This document shows positions 53,990 through 63,020 of a stretch of DNA of 64,000 bases, piece after piece. The stretch is taken from the IMG/VR virus record IMGVR_UViG_3300032397_000002, positions 1,579-65,578 of that record. One strand, written 5' to 3'. Origin of the DNA: a virus. The position numbers and the translations under genes were made by a program. The notes beneath the pieces were generated by a model. That model saw only the letters and a list, made by a program, of their open reading frames with translations. It was not told where the DNA came from and made no database searches. How positions within the stretch are numbered: position 1 is the stretch's first letter; the number at the start of each line of letters is the position of its first letter.

Positions 53990-54453
53990 GAGTCCTCCGG
54001 GTCAGGCTTGGTGTGCTTGTCCAGGAGCTGCAGGAGCTGTTCTGAGGCCCCGAGAAACTCCAGGTGGAAGTCTGGGCCCTTGTCTCTGAAGGTGCTGCGC
54101 AGCTCCTCCATCTTCTTGGTGAGTCGGTACCGGCGGTTGTCGGCCCTGATGAGCATCGTGTCCTTCTTGATGTCCTCGTAGACCTCAGGAGTCAGTGGCT
54201 CCAGGCGGAAGATGTGGTGGCTCCACTGGCCCGACCCAATCCTGTAGGACCCGTCCTTCGAGAAGGAGTGGTGCTCGCTGTCTGGCCCCACCACGTCGAA
54301 CCGGGTGCGCTTGGTGGTGATTTTGGCGACGCGGAACACCTTGTAGCCGTAGTTGTGGCCGATGCCACCCAGCTGTCGGGTCTTACAAGCCACCTGGTCC
54401 CCTTCCTTCAGGGTGTCCAGCCAGTCCGCACGCTCTTTGTACCAGTCGTTCAT
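53986..54453 (-). CDS. Hypothetical SH3-like protein
   Basis: LKEGDQV...VAKIT. Confidence 0.6.
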   Translation of the reverse strand: MNDWYKERADWLDTLKEGDQVACKTRQLGGIGHNYGYKVFRVAKITTKRTRFDVVGPDSEHHSFSKDGSYRIGSGQWSHHIFRLEPLTPEVYEDIKKDTMLIRADNRRYRLTKKMEELRSTFRDKGPDFHLEFLGASEQLLQLLDKHTKPDPEDS

Positions 54454-54659
54454 TTGAATCCTCTGAAGATGAGTTCCTGGACTTCTTCCAGCCGGGCCTT
54501 GTAGGCCTTGACCATGAATCTACCATGGTCGTCGTCTCCCAGATGCAGAGGGTCCTGCAGGTCCATCAACATGTGACCTACCGCCACCCTGAGGGCCATC
54601 GACTGAGCCTCGGTCAGGTACGCACCATTGACCTCCACGTCTGCTTCATTGTGGCTCAC
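54450..54659 (-). CDS. Hypothetical protein
   Basis: VNG..LTEAQSMALRVA; GTGA-coupled. Confidence 0.6.
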   Translation of the reverse strand: MSHNEADVEVNGAYLTEAQSMALRVAVGHMLMDLQDPLHLGDDDHGRFMVKAYKARLEEVQELIFRGFK

Positions 54660-54880
54660 AGGTCGAACCCCTCGTTCCTGAGTGCATCCATCTCGTCCCA
54701 CACGCGGTTGGGTGTGTACCTCTCGTCCTCACCGTAGGCCTGAATCACCCTCACTGCTGACCGCAACAGGACTTCCAGACGACGGTGCTCTGCCACCAGC
54801 TCCACGACAGGCACCACCAGGGGGCCATTGAAGGGTGCCACCATCGCCACGATTTCGTCCAACTCAGCCTTGGTCTTCAT
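54656..54880 (-). CDS. Hypothetical protein
   Basis: Coupled ORF. Confidence 0.55.
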   Translation of the reverse strand: MKTKAELDEIVAMVAPFNGPLVVPVVELVAEHRRLEVLLRSAVRVIQAYGEDERYTPNRVWDEMDALRNEGFDL

Positions 54881-55140
54881 AGCAACCTCGCGCTTTCCAA
54901 CAGCTTGATGTCTTCTTCTACTGCGGCCAAAGCGTCGCCCTCGTTTACTTGGTGATGGGCCTTGATGATTCTGATAGCAGCCTCAAGCAGGCTGAGGACG
55001 GTCTTTCTCTGGCTGTCAACAAGGTGGCGCTTGGCCACCTCCTCGTCTCGCTCGTCTGCGGTGGCAATGAGCATGGCGTTGCCCGTCTGAAGACCGGCGG
55101 TGTAGCCCTCGTCGTACCCGTCCCTGTACTGGGCGTCCAT
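54877..55140 (-). CDS. Hypothetical protein
   Basis: YRDGYDEGYTAG; coupled ORF. Confidence 0.55.
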   Translation of the reverse strand: MDAQYRDGYDEGYTAGLQTGNAMLIATADERDEEVAKRHLVDSQRKTVLSLLEAAIRIIKAHHQVNEGDALAAVEEDIKLLESARLL

Positions 55141-55370
55141 CAACGCACCGCCTTCACGAGGAAGCCGCGACGGGTGATTTTGCCCTTCTTCTCCAGGGCC
55201 TCCAGGATGAGGTTGAGGTGGTCTACCCGGAAGTTGGGGATGCTCATCAGGGCGGCGTACAGATGGCCTTCGGGGATGCCCATGCTGCCTGCCCCCATGA
55301 CAGCCTCCATGATGATGTCCACCAGCATCGACAGCGCCTTCGCCTGGGTCTCGGGAGTGTTTGGGGTCAT
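55140..55370 (-). CDS. Small winged-helix-like protein
   Basis: GIPEGHLYAALM...LEKKGKI; promoter TTGACA-N18-TACACA just upstream. Confidence 0.6.
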   Translation of the reverse strand: MTPNTPETQAKALSMLVDIIMEAVMGAGSMGIPEGHLYAALMSIPNFRVDHLNLILEALEKKGKITRRGFLVKAVR

Positions 55371-55446
55371 GCCCCACTGTGTACCAAGCCTCGTGGTACG
55401 ATGTCAAGCGTGGTAGAATCTTTTTCGTACCCCCAACGAGGAACAC

Positions 55447-55845
55447 ATGACCTTCAAGTTCTATGCCATTGCAGCTCTCCTTCTCACCGCCTGTGGCCCC
55501 GATTGGGCCGACTGCTCCACCTGCAAGCCTGGTGAATCCAGCGCCGAATCTGTGGATGGAGGCGAACAAATTCCAGTGGTTGTGAACGTCACTGTCAATG
55601 TCGACCAGACGCAGAATCAGGGGCAGCAGCAGGGCCAAGGCCAGGTTCAGACCACGCCTGACGCTGGAACGCCTCCGAAGGTCGACGCAGGTACTCCACC
55701 GAAGACCTGCCGTCAGGTATGCATCTGCACTGAGACCCGGTACGTGTGCAAGGACGGCAAGGACACCAAGGACAAGCACGACTGCAAGTGTGGGGTCAAG
55801 AAGACCTACTCGAAGTGCGTGAAGGAAGTGACCCAATGCTCGTAG
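55447..55845 (+). CDS. Cys-rich lipoprotein with DAGTPPK repeats
   Basis: Lipobox LTAC; DAGTPPK x2; GAGGA SD. Confidence 0.75.
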   Translation: MTFKFYAIAALLLTACGPDWADCSTCKPGESSAESVDGGEQIPVVVNVTVNVDQTQNQGQQQGQGQVQTTPDAGTPPKVDAGTPPKTCRQVCICTETRYVCKDGKDTKDKHDCKCGVKKTYSKCVKEVTQCS

Positions 55846-56624
55846 CCCTCGCCCTGTCTGTTCTGCTCAACTCCGCCTTCGTCTGCGACAAGCTCTGCGA
55901 CCCGGACCCGATGTGTGCGGCTGTGTGCAACGTGCCAGACCGCAAGGAGCAACAGGCCATCTGTGAAGCACGGCTGATGAGCACTGCCCAGGACCTCAAG
56001 GAGCTGGAAAGCCTCACTGACGCTTGCTTCATCGCGCTCGACCGCTGCCAGGCCAAGAAGGCTTGCCCTCTGCCCAAGAAGCCGACCAAAAAGATCGTCA
56101 AGAGACCGGCAAAAATCGTCAAGCCAGTCGTGGCTCCAATCGTCAAGCAGGAGCAGAAACAGGAGCAAAGCCAGCAGGTTGTCATCAACATCGTCAACCA
56201 GGAAGATCGGCAAGAAGATCGGCAAGAACCGAAGCCCTCCCCGCTGGGCATTGGAGTCCGTGGGGCTGTAGGCCTCACCGCTTGCAATCCCCACGTCTTT
56301 GGTCTCGTTGGTGTCCGTGGCCGCTGGTTCCCTGCACATCTGGGCCTGGAAGTGAACACCCAGTTCGCCTGGGGGCACAGCGCTCAGCTGATGGTGTACC
56401 CGATCCAGGGACCGATTGCATGGCACCTCGACTTCGGTGGGCTCATGTACCTGAATGATGGGCCGAAGTTCAACCTTCTGGCAGGGACTGGTGTCGAGGT
56501 TCAAGTTGTGCCACACTTGAGCATCACAGCGGACTGGCGCATGACTATGGCCAAGCCGTTTTACCTCGGGGACTCCCTCCTCAAGTCTCAGCTGATGCTG
56601 GGGCTGCTGCTGCATTCGTGGTGA
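55836..56624 (+). CDS. Secreted Cys-rich protein with C-terminal outer-membrane beta-barrel-like region
   Basis: Signal peptide; alternating beta strands ending in W. Confidence 0.65.
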   Translation: MLVALALSVLLNSAFVCDKLCDPDPMCAAVCNVPDRKEQQAICEARLMSTAQDLKELESLTDACFIALDRCQAKKACPLPKKPTKKIVKRPAKIVKPVVAPIVKQEQKQEQSQQVVINIVNQEDRQEDRQEPKPSPLGIGVRGAVGLTACNPHVFGLVGVRGRWFPAHLGLEVNTQFAWGHSAQLMVYPIQGPIAWHLDFGGLMYLNDGPKFNLLAGTGVEVQVVPHLSITADWRMTMAKPFYLGDSLLKSQLMLGLLLHSW

Positions 56625-56628
56625 GAAC

Positions 56629-56916
56629 ATGAACGATATTCCCAATCCCGAAGAAATCACTGTCGTAGAATCCTTTTGTACCTCCAACATGGGAAAGACA
56701 AATATGGGAAAGACAATCCTCGTGATTAAAAGTGATGATGTTTCGGATGAATTGATCAAGAAGATCCGAACTGAACTCAACGAAGCCATTGCCGCTAACA
56801 GGATGCCGATCCTAGCGGTTTCGAATAACGATTCGGTCTACAGTGTCTTTGTTACCCCGGAGCAGGTTGCGGCCAAGCCCTCGCTCTGGACCCGCTTCAT
56901 GGACCTGTTCAAATGA
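56629..56916 (+). CDS. AT-richer hypothetical protein (inserted cassette)
   Basis: N-terminus identical to the next gene. Confidence 0.6.
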   Translation: MNDIPNPEEITVVESFCTSNMGKTNMGKTILVIKSDDVSDELIKKIRTELNEAIAANRMPILAVSNNDSVYSVFVTPEQVAAKPSLWTRFMDLFK

Positions 56917-56950
56917 ACGATATTCCCAATCCCGAAGAAATCACTGTCGT
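56629..56950 (+). repeat. 38-bp perfect direct repeat
   Basis: ATGAACGATATTCCCAATCCCGAAGAAATCACTGTCGT at 56629 and 56913. Confidence 0.95.
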
Positions 56951-57458
56951 CGGTGACACTTCAGCCCTTGCAGCTGAAGAAATCAACGCACTCAAGAAGC
57001 AGGCCGCCGAGAGCATGTGGGAGCACGACCGCCGTCAAGCGGAAGCTGCTTTGTTCGTCGACACCCAAGAACACCAGGACACCCTCTACCCGATGCAGGC
57101 CTACCCGCCCAGCCAGGGCGACATCGTGGAGCTGGACAAGGACAAGAAGATCCGCCTGACCATCACCGACGTCAAGGACCCGATGCAGGCCCTCGCGTTC
57201 ATGCACCCGGAGTTCGCTCAGGCTGCCCACGCATTCGGCGTCGACCTCAACCGACCAGCAGGTCGTGAGTTGGAGGAGATGCGGAAGTACTTCGGCGCCG
57301 GCTCTGGTACCTACCTGGTGACTGTGGACTTCCAGCTGGCCCGCACAGAGGCCTTCAAACTGGACGACCGGGCTCAGAAGCGCATCACCAAGGCTCTCAA
57401 GCCCAAACCCAAGAAACGCAAGAAGAAGTCAACCCGTTCCACCAAGGTGAAGAAATGA
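56913..57458 (+). CDS. Hypothetical protein with Lys-rich tail
   Basis: KPKPKKRKKK tail; coupled ORF. Confidence 0.65.
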   Translation: MNDIPNPEEITVVGDTSALAAEEINALKKQAAESMWEHDRRQAEAALFVDTQEHQDTLYPMQAYPPSQGDIVELDKDKKIRLTITDVKDPMQALAFMHPEFAQAAHAFGVDLNRPAGRELEEMRKYFGAGSGTYLVTVDFQLARTEAFKLDDRAQKRITKALKPKPKKRKKKSTRSTKVKK

Positions 57459-57892
57459 TTACAGCCATCCTCACGCTACTCATCGCCGGCGGCCTTCTTA
57501 CCATGTCCGCCCTCCTTCTCGTTCGGGCCTTCAAGAACAGAGAGCGAGCCTTCACGAAAATCACCATCCCCAACACAGGCCAGCCATTCCCTAAGCTGGA
57601 TGCCAAGACTCTGGTGGAGACTCAGCCCATGATGGTCGGTCTGTCCAAGACCATCGAGGACGCAGCAGCTGAGGCAGCCAAGAAGCTTGCTGACGACATC
57701 GAGAGCGACCTCTGGGGAGCACTTCCGACCCCTTCAGCCACCGAGAAGGACGCCCTGGACGCCATGTTCAAGTACTACGACTGCAAGAGGGCAGACGACG
57801 ACTGGGACATTATCTTCCCAGAGAAGGCCAAGCCCAAGAAGAAGCGCAAGACCACCAAGAAGAAGGTCGCCAAGAAGGGGAAGAAGAAGTGA
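57455..57892 (+). CDS. Membrane-anchored protein with Lys-rich tail
   Basis: N-terminal TM helix; KKKRKTTKKK. Confidence 0.65.
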   Translation: MITAILTLLIAGGLLTMSALLLVRAFKNRERAFTKITIPNTGQPFPKLDAKTLVETQPMMVGLSKTIEDAAAEAAKKLADDIESDLWGALPTPSATEKDALDAMFKYYDCKRADDDWDIIFPEKAKPKKKRKTTKKKVAKKGKKK

Positions 57893-58200
57893 AAGCGCCC
57901 CTCCTGATGTTGCTCATGGCTACTGCAGCTTGGGCAGAGACCGATGCGAAGACGGAGCGCACCTTCAAGGCCAAGTGCTCAGCGTGTCACGGCAAAGACG
58001 GCAAGGCCCAGACCGAGAAGGGGAGGAAGATGAAGATTGAGGACATGACCACGCCCGAGTTCAAGAAGAAGCCCGACGCTGAGCTTCGCAAGGCCATCAA
58101 CGAGGGTGTCGACAAGGGGGACAAGCTGATGGACCCCTACAAGGACGAACTGACCCCTGAGCAGGTCGAAAGTCTCATCAAGTTCATCCGCAGTCTGTAG
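57889..58200 (+). CDS. Monoheme class I cytochrome c
   Basis: Signal peptide (AWA), CSACH, distal Met (KLMDPY), LTPEQVESLIKFIRSL. Confidence 0.9.
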   Translation: MKAPLLMLLMATAAWAETDAKTERTFKAKCSACHGKDGKAQTEKGRKMKIEDMTTPEFKKKPDAELRKAINEGVDKGDKLMDPYKDELTPEQVESLIKFIRSL

Positions 58201-58261
58201 GCGGATACCAGAGTGCGGCGGCCATGTGCAGTGGCTTAGCCGAGCGGGGCCCGGTGGGTAG

Positions 58262-58290
58262 TTGACACCGGGCCTTCGTGTTTGTAGAGT
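58262..58290 (+). promoter_or_regulatory. Sigma70-type promoter
   Basis: TTGACA-N17-TAGAGT, 6 nt before ATG. Confidence 0.7.
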
Positions 58291-58296
58291 AGAGGC

Positions 58297-58623
58297 ATGT
58301 ACAACAAACGCGAGACCATCGGCTCCCTGAGCAAGTATACCTCTCTCGAAGAGGTTCAGCGTGAGCTGGACGCTGCCAAAGACAAGGCCAAGAAGGACGG
58401 CTACAAGGACCTGGAGCTGGAAATCGAGGACGACTACGGCTGCCTGAGCGTCATCATCACCGGCAAGCGCCCAGAGAATGAAGTGGAGCGAACACGCCGC
58501 CTGGCTCACCAGCGCACCCAGGAGGACAACGAGCGTGAGATGTACGAGCGCCTGAAGGTGAAGTACGACAAGAAGTGCACTGGATGCACCCCGGGCTGCA
58601 AGTCTGGAAAGTGTGAGACATGA
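58297..58623 (+). CDS. Hypothetical protein
   Basis: Follows a promoter. Confidence 0.65.
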   Translation: MYNKRETIGSLSKYTSLEEVQRELDAAKDKAKKDGYKDLELEIEDDYGCLSVIITGKRPENEVERTRRLAHQRTQEDNEREMYERLKVKYDKKCTGCTPGCKSGKCET

Positions 58624-59018
58624 CCGTCAAGCAAGTCATCGTGATGCGCAAGGACCTGAAGATGCGCAGGGGCAAGGAGATTGCCCAGGGTGCTCACGCC
58701 AGCATGAAGTGGCTGGTTGACCGGCTGGAGTACAAGGGTCGCATCCTCAATGCCCACGAGTACTACGAGCCCAGCTTCAGCGATGCCGAGCAGGGCTGGC
58801 TCCAGGGCCTGTTCACCAAGGTCTGCCTGCAGGTGGACTCCGAAGAGGAGCTGATGCAGGTCTACGCCAATGCCTTCAGGGCTGGGCTGCTCGTCAAGCT
58901 CATCACCGACGCGGGAGCCACCGAGTTCCATGGCGTGCCCACCAAGACCTGCCTGGCCGTTGGCCCCGACATTTCCGAGAAGATTGACCCCATCACCCAA
59001 CACCTGAAGCTGTACTAA
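58620..59018 (+). CDS. pth2: Peptidyl-tRNA hydrolase, Pth2 type
   Basis: KQVIVMRKDLKM..GK..AQ.AHA, DAGATEF, TCLAVGP, ITQHLKL. Confidence 0.93.
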   Translation: MTVKQVIVMRKDLKMRRGKEIAQGAHASMKWLVDRLEYKGRILNAHEYYEPSFSDAEQGWLQGLFTKVCLQVDSEEELMQVYANAFRAGLLVKLITDAGATEFHGVPTKTCLAVGPDISEKIDPITQHLKLY

Positions 59019-59024
59019 GGAACC

Positions 59025-59432
59025 ATGCCACCGATTTTTGTCCAAGAGTTCATGAAGAACAACAAGTGTCCCCATTGCAAGGCCCACAAGGTGCCCGAGA
59101 AGAGCTTGTGCAAGCTCCACCTGGCCAAGGCCCGCGTCTTCTTCCGTATCTGGTCGGCCAAGCGCAAGGAAGAGGGACTCTGCATTCGCTGCAACTGCAA
59201 GTCCTTCCAGGGCTTCCTTCGTTGCCGCCTTCACACCCACGAGAACCGCCTGAATTGCCGGCGTTGGATGAAGGTCAATGGGGCTGGTGTCTGGCAGAAG
59301 CGCAAGGCCGAGACCATCAAGACCGGCATTTGCGCCTACTGCAGGGCCAACCCACGCCTGGGAGAGACCTACCGCTGTCTGGACTGCAAACTCCGCCATC
59401 AGATGCGGGAGAAGTCCCGTGCCACACGCTGA
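59025..59432 (+). CDS. Repeated Cys/His Zn-finger protein
   Basis: Three CxxC...CxxH/C units. Confidence 0.65.
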   Translation: MPPIFVQEFMKNNKCPHCKAHKVPEKSLCKLHLAKARVFFRIWSAKRKEEGLCIRCNCKSFQGFLRCRLHTHENRLNCRRWMKVNGAGVWQKRKAETIKTGICAYCRANPRLGETYRCLDCKLRHQMREKSRATR

Positions 59433-59640
59433 CGGGGTGCCAACCACGGCTGAGATGCTTGAGGCCGAGGAGAAGCACTTCAAGAACGCGATTTGCGTCT
59501 GTCACGGGTTCGGCATGGACGACATAGCCCTCTTGGGTGCTGTGATGAGGTACATCAAGGGCAGGGGCAACCCATCGATTGTGCTCCGCCTCGTGAGAGA
59601 GTACCTCGGTAATGGACACAGATTTTTGGAGAAGCCATGA
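59419..59640 (+). CDS. Hypothetical protein
   Basis: LLGAVMRYIKGRGNP (GatB/YqeY C-terminus-like); start uncertain. Confidence 0.45.
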   Translation: MPHADGVPTTAEMLEAEEKHFKNAICVCHGFGMDDIALLGAVMRYIKGRGNPSIVLRLVREYLGNGHRFLEKP

Positions 59641-60158
59641 AGGTCATCTTTCTCGACATCGACGGCGTACTCAACCACCAGCACACCAAAGACCGCATCG
59701 GCGGTTACATCGGCTTCAACCCGGGGCACATCAAGCGTTTCAACAAGATTGTCGAGGCTCATCCAGATGTGAAGATAGTCATCAGCTCCACCTGGCGCTG
59801 CAGCTTCACCTCCGGCGTCTACGAGGATTTCGCGGGCCTGGTGAGACTCTTGAAGGAGCGCGGCCTTCAAGGGGACATCGTCGACCACACCCCAGTGAAG
59901 ATGACCTACCTCAGCCGTGGGGCAGAGATTCGCATGTGGCTCGATGACCACCCAGAGGTCAAGAACTACATCCTCATCGACGACGACACCGAGGGTATGA
60001 AGCCGGCGACGGGTACCGCCTACGACCCTGAGACGGACAACCACTACAGTGTCCCAGCCGAGGTAGACCTGCGCCCACGCTGGGTTCAGACCAGCTGGGA
60101 GAATGGCCTCAAAGAGGCTCACGTGGCCAGGGCCATCAAGCTCCTGGAGGGCCCATGA
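59637..60158 (+). CDS. HAD phosphatase (Swiss-Army-knife RNA-repair type)
   Basis: IFLDIDGVLN, ISSTWR, RGAEI..WL, ILIDD. Confidence 0.88.
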   Translation: MKVIFLDIDGVLNHQHTKDRIGGYIGFNPGHIKRFNKIVEAHPDVKIVISSTWRCSFTSGVYEDFAGLVRLLKERGLQGDIVDHTPVKMTYLSRGAEIRMWLDDHPEVKNYILIDDDTEGMKPATGTAYDPETDNHYSVPAEVDLRPRWVQTSWENGLKEAHVARAIKLLEGP

Positions 60159-60565
60159 TTGCCATCGGCCCCGTCTCAGGACCTGGAGTGATGCAGCACG
60201 AAGACCGTTGGGGCTGGCCTGTGAACAGCTACGAGGCTCTGCCTTGGTTCTGGCTTGATGAGGAGGACTGGGACCAGGTGAACTGGTATCAGACAGCAAC
60301 CCCGTACGATGAGAAGACCGACTACATCGAGGTCTTCAACAACCCAGAGCACCCCATCCACAAGGAAATCAAGGCCAAGGTGGTCTATGGCGGGATGTCC
60401 ACCTTGAAGCAGATGAATGTCAAGAACATGGACGGGGAGCAGATGCGAATTGTCATCCCCATGGGCCTGGACAAGTCCAAGCCTCACTACCGCCCCTGGA
60501 CCTTCTGGGAGCGAACCATTGGGTATCGCTTGTCGAAGCTCCAGGCCAGGCTGCTGAATCGATGA
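60155..60565 (+). CDS. Hypothetical protein
   Basis: Coupled ORF. Confidence 0.55.
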   Translation: MIAIGPVSGPGVMQHEDRWGWPVNSYEALPWFWLDEEDWDQVNWYQTATPYDEKTDYIEVFNNPEHPIHKEIKAKVVYGGMSTLKQMNVKNMDGEQMRIVIPMGLDKSKPHYRPWTFWERTIGYRLSKLQARLLNR

Positions 60566-60828
60566 ACTGGATCTACGAGAGCATACAGGATGCCATCATC
60601 GCAAGCCTTGAAGAGGGTCCATGGTTGCCAGACGAGTTCGAGCTGACCATCGAGGATGTTGCCTTCCGACATCTCATCAAGAGCCTGAAGGTCACCGCCA
60701 CCGGCAAGCCAGTTCCTGCCGACTCAGTGAGGGTAACCCTGCAGATTCAGGGGAAAAGAGTGCTTGTGCGCTCCGACAAGGACCCCGAACCATTTCTTCC
60801 CATCACGAGGGAAGAGGGGCTCCATTAG
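60562..60828 (+). CDS. Hypothetical protein
   Basis: Coupled ORF. Confidence 0.55.
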   Translation: MNWIYESIQDAIIASLEEGPWLPDEFELTIEDVAFRHLIKSLKVTATGKPVPADSVRVTLQIQGKRVLVRSDKDPEPFLPITREEGLH

Positions 60829-60857
60829 GCCGCAATCTTCTCAGTAGGAGCGGCCCC

Positions 60858-61262
60858 ATGTACATAGACGTCGTCCAGCACCTGGAAGACCTGAAGGCGA
60901 AGCTCGGCAAGACCTCAAAGACCTATGAGGTGTCCGTTCAGGCGTACATGGACTTCCCCGCCCTCAGAGCGCACTCCGACCACGGAACTGTCAGGCTTTG
61001 CACAGATGAGGCCAACTACTTCGTGGACAAGCTTGAGATTCTTCGAGGTGACGACATCTACGTGTATCCCTACATGGAGAGCAAGGGGGTCCTCATTTAC
61101 AGCGACCCACCCTTCTACTTCGTCGGCTTCACCAACAAAAACGGCTTCGGCTTCTGCCCAGCCCCCGGTTGGACAGAAGAGATGAAGGCTGATAGGATAA
61201 ACCCAGACATCATCAAGAAGGTACAGAGCTTCCTCAACAACAGTGCAGCCGTAGACTACTAG
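60858..61262 (+). CDS. Hypothetical protein
   Basis: AGGAG SD before MYIDVV. Confidence 0.6.
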   Translation: MYIDVVQHLEDLKAKLGKTSKTYEVSVQAYMDFPALRAHSDHGTVRLCTDEANYFVDKLEILRGDDIYVYPYMESKGVLIYSDPPFYFVGFTNKNGFGFCPAPGWTEEMKADRINPDIIKKVQSFLNNSAAVDY

Positions 61263-61269
61263 GAACATC

Positions 61270-61455
61270 ATGCCCCTGAAGGAACTCGCAACCAGGGCCC
61301 TACTCTACGAACTCGTGGAGGACCTCATTGATGCAGCCACAGACCTTGGAGTCGGCCAGGCGAACCCCATGGTAGACGCGACACCCCTGGAGTACAATCT
61401 CAATCAAGCAGCGGAGAAACTCTACAATGCCCTCAACGCACTCACAGAAGCGTAA
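61270..61455 (+). CDS. Hypothetical protein
   Basis: AGGA SD. Confidence 0.5.
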   Translation: MPLKELATRALLYELVEDLIDAATDLGVGQANPMVDATPLEYNLNQAAEKLYNALNALTEA

Positions 61456-61639
61456 CCAGCCGACCGTCCAAGTCGAAGAGGAGGCCCCTCGCATCGAGAC
61501 CGAGGAGGAGTACGAACTGGCCATCGGGAAGATTGAATTCTTGTGGGACGCACCGGATGGCACCCCCGAGGCCGAGGCACGTGAGGTTCTTGTCCTCATG
61601 GTCGAAGACTACGAGCAACGCTACGAGGACTTCGGATAG
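61427..61639 (+). CDS. HigA antitoxin N-terminal-domain-like protein
   Basis: IETEEEYELAIGKIEFLWDAPDGTPEAEAREVLVLMVEDYE. Confidence 0.7.
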   Translation: MPSTHSQKRNQPTVQVEEEAPRIETEEEYELAIGKIEFLWDAPDGTPEAEAREVLVLMVEDYEQRYEDFG

Positions 61640-62080
61640 ATGAAATATCAGACTCGCTCCTACACCTGTGGTCCAGCAGCGGCGGTCAACGCCCTGCGAC
61701 TGTACGGACTGCAGGTGCCGGAGGCGCACGTAGCCAAGCTGGCAGGCACCACCAGCGAGGGTACGGACGACCGCAGGCTCATGAGGGCCTTGCGCAAGCT
61801 CGGGTGTAAGCCTACAGCCATCTGTCTGACCTCCACGGTCAGGAAGAGGGTCTCCGCCGGCATCCCGGTCATCATCCACCTTGATGAGGAGCTGCACTGG
61901 GTGGTCATCATTGGCTGCCTGGGCCCCAACCTCATCGCGTTTGACTCTTGGCGCAGTAAGGGTAACATTGAGGAGAACGGGGTACGAGTCATACCCCCAG
62001 AAGAGCTTGGCGGCAAGGTCTTCGGCATCTGTGTGAACCGACCGCCAGTGGAGAGTAGTGATGAAAATCTGGATGCTTAA
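61640..62080 (+). CDS. Peptidase C39-like cysteine protease
   Basis: YQ....TCGPAA, HWVVI.G, FDS. Confidence 0.8.
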   Translation: MKYQTRSYTCGPAAAVNALRLYGLQVPEAHVAKLAGTTSEGTDDRRLMRALRKLGCKPTAICLTSTVRKRVSAGIPVIIHLDEELHWVVIIGCLGPNLIAFDSWRSKGNIEENGVRVIPPEELGGKVFGICVNRPPVESSDENLDA

Positions 62081-62249
62081 AATGTCGTTTGGACCAGACT
62101 GGCCCCGTCCAGCCCACACCAGGATTATGGGGTTCTACAGGACTGTGGCCAGAGCCGAAGAAAAAGCTCAAGAGCTGGTCAAAGCTTTTTCGGGAGGTCC
62201 CGGCGAGGCTACGGAATACTCTATCGACGAGTACGAGCTGGAGGACTAA
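62061..62249 (+). CDS. Hypothetical protein
   Basis: GGAG SD; coupled ORF. Confidence 0.55.
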   Translation: MKIWMLKMSFGPDWPRPAHTRIMGFYRTVARAEEKAQELVKAFSGGPGEATEYSIDEYELED

Positions 62250-62632
62250 TGAAGACGTATGAAGAGCTGAGAGCCGAATGGGACGCGAGAGAGGCTGAAG
62301 ACAAGGCCTACCTGGCCGAGCTGGGCATCGAGTGGCCCCGTTGTGGCTTCTGGGTGGGCAAGGGCTGGCGACCGCTGGTCCATGAGACCCTCGTGAAGCT
62401 GATCGCTGAAGGCTGGGACCGCCAGCTGTCCCAGGTCAAGCAGAAGTTCGGGCTGCTCCGAATCTATCTGGGTGCCCACTCACATACGGTGGTACTCGAC
62501 GACATCCTCCGTGAGGCTGAGCGGTTGTCCGGGGAAATCTGTGAAGGCTGCGGTCTTGAGCGTGAGGTCAAGGGGCAGATCTCCGGCCGGGCCCACTGCA
62601 ACGCCTGCAAGGCTCTGCCCTTTGTTCCCTGA
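62249..62632 (+). CDS. Conserved-type phage hypothetical protein
   Basis: GW..L...QVKQKFGLLRIY...CEGCG. Confidence 0.7.
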   Translation: MKTYEELRAEWDAREAEDKAYLAELGIEWPRCGFWVGKGWRPLVHETLVKLIAEGWDRQLSQVKQKFGLLRIYLGAHSHTVVLDDILREAERLSGEICEGCGLEREVKGQISGRAHCNACKALPFVP

Positions 62633-62769
62633 ACCGCCCGACGGTGAGTGTCCGTACTGCAAGAAGCCCACGAAGGGGTGGCCGCACTTCAGTGGGCTCT
62701 TCCAGCCCTACTTTGCGTGGTGCTGGTCGTTTGTCTGCAGCACCTGCTTGAAAAATTACAACGACCTGC

Positions 62770-62798
62770 TTGACAACGCTTCTGAAGCGTCTTAATCT
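62770..62798 (+). promoter_or_regulatory. Promoter of the tRNA cluster
   Basis: TTGACA-N17-TAATCT. Confidence 0.65.
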
Positions 62799-62918
62799 AT
62801 CGTTCATGGTCACCCGGTTCTCAGCCCTGCTTCGACTTTCGAGCTTGCGGCTACCCGTGTGCCTTAGTTCGTACCCTGCGAGCTTTAGCCCATCATCGTA
62901 TCCGAGTCTGTAAACTCT

Positions 62919-63005
62919 GGATCGGTGGCCGAGCGGCTGAAGGCACCTGGCTGTAAACCAGGACCCTGTAATGGGGCATCGTAGGTTCGAACCCTACCCG
63001 ATCCA
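62919..63005 (+). tRNA. tRNA-Tyr(GTA)
   Basis: CCTGG-CTGTAAA-CCAGG, long variable arm, A73. Confidence 0.92.
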
Positions 63006-63020
63006 CTCACATAGCTTCAA

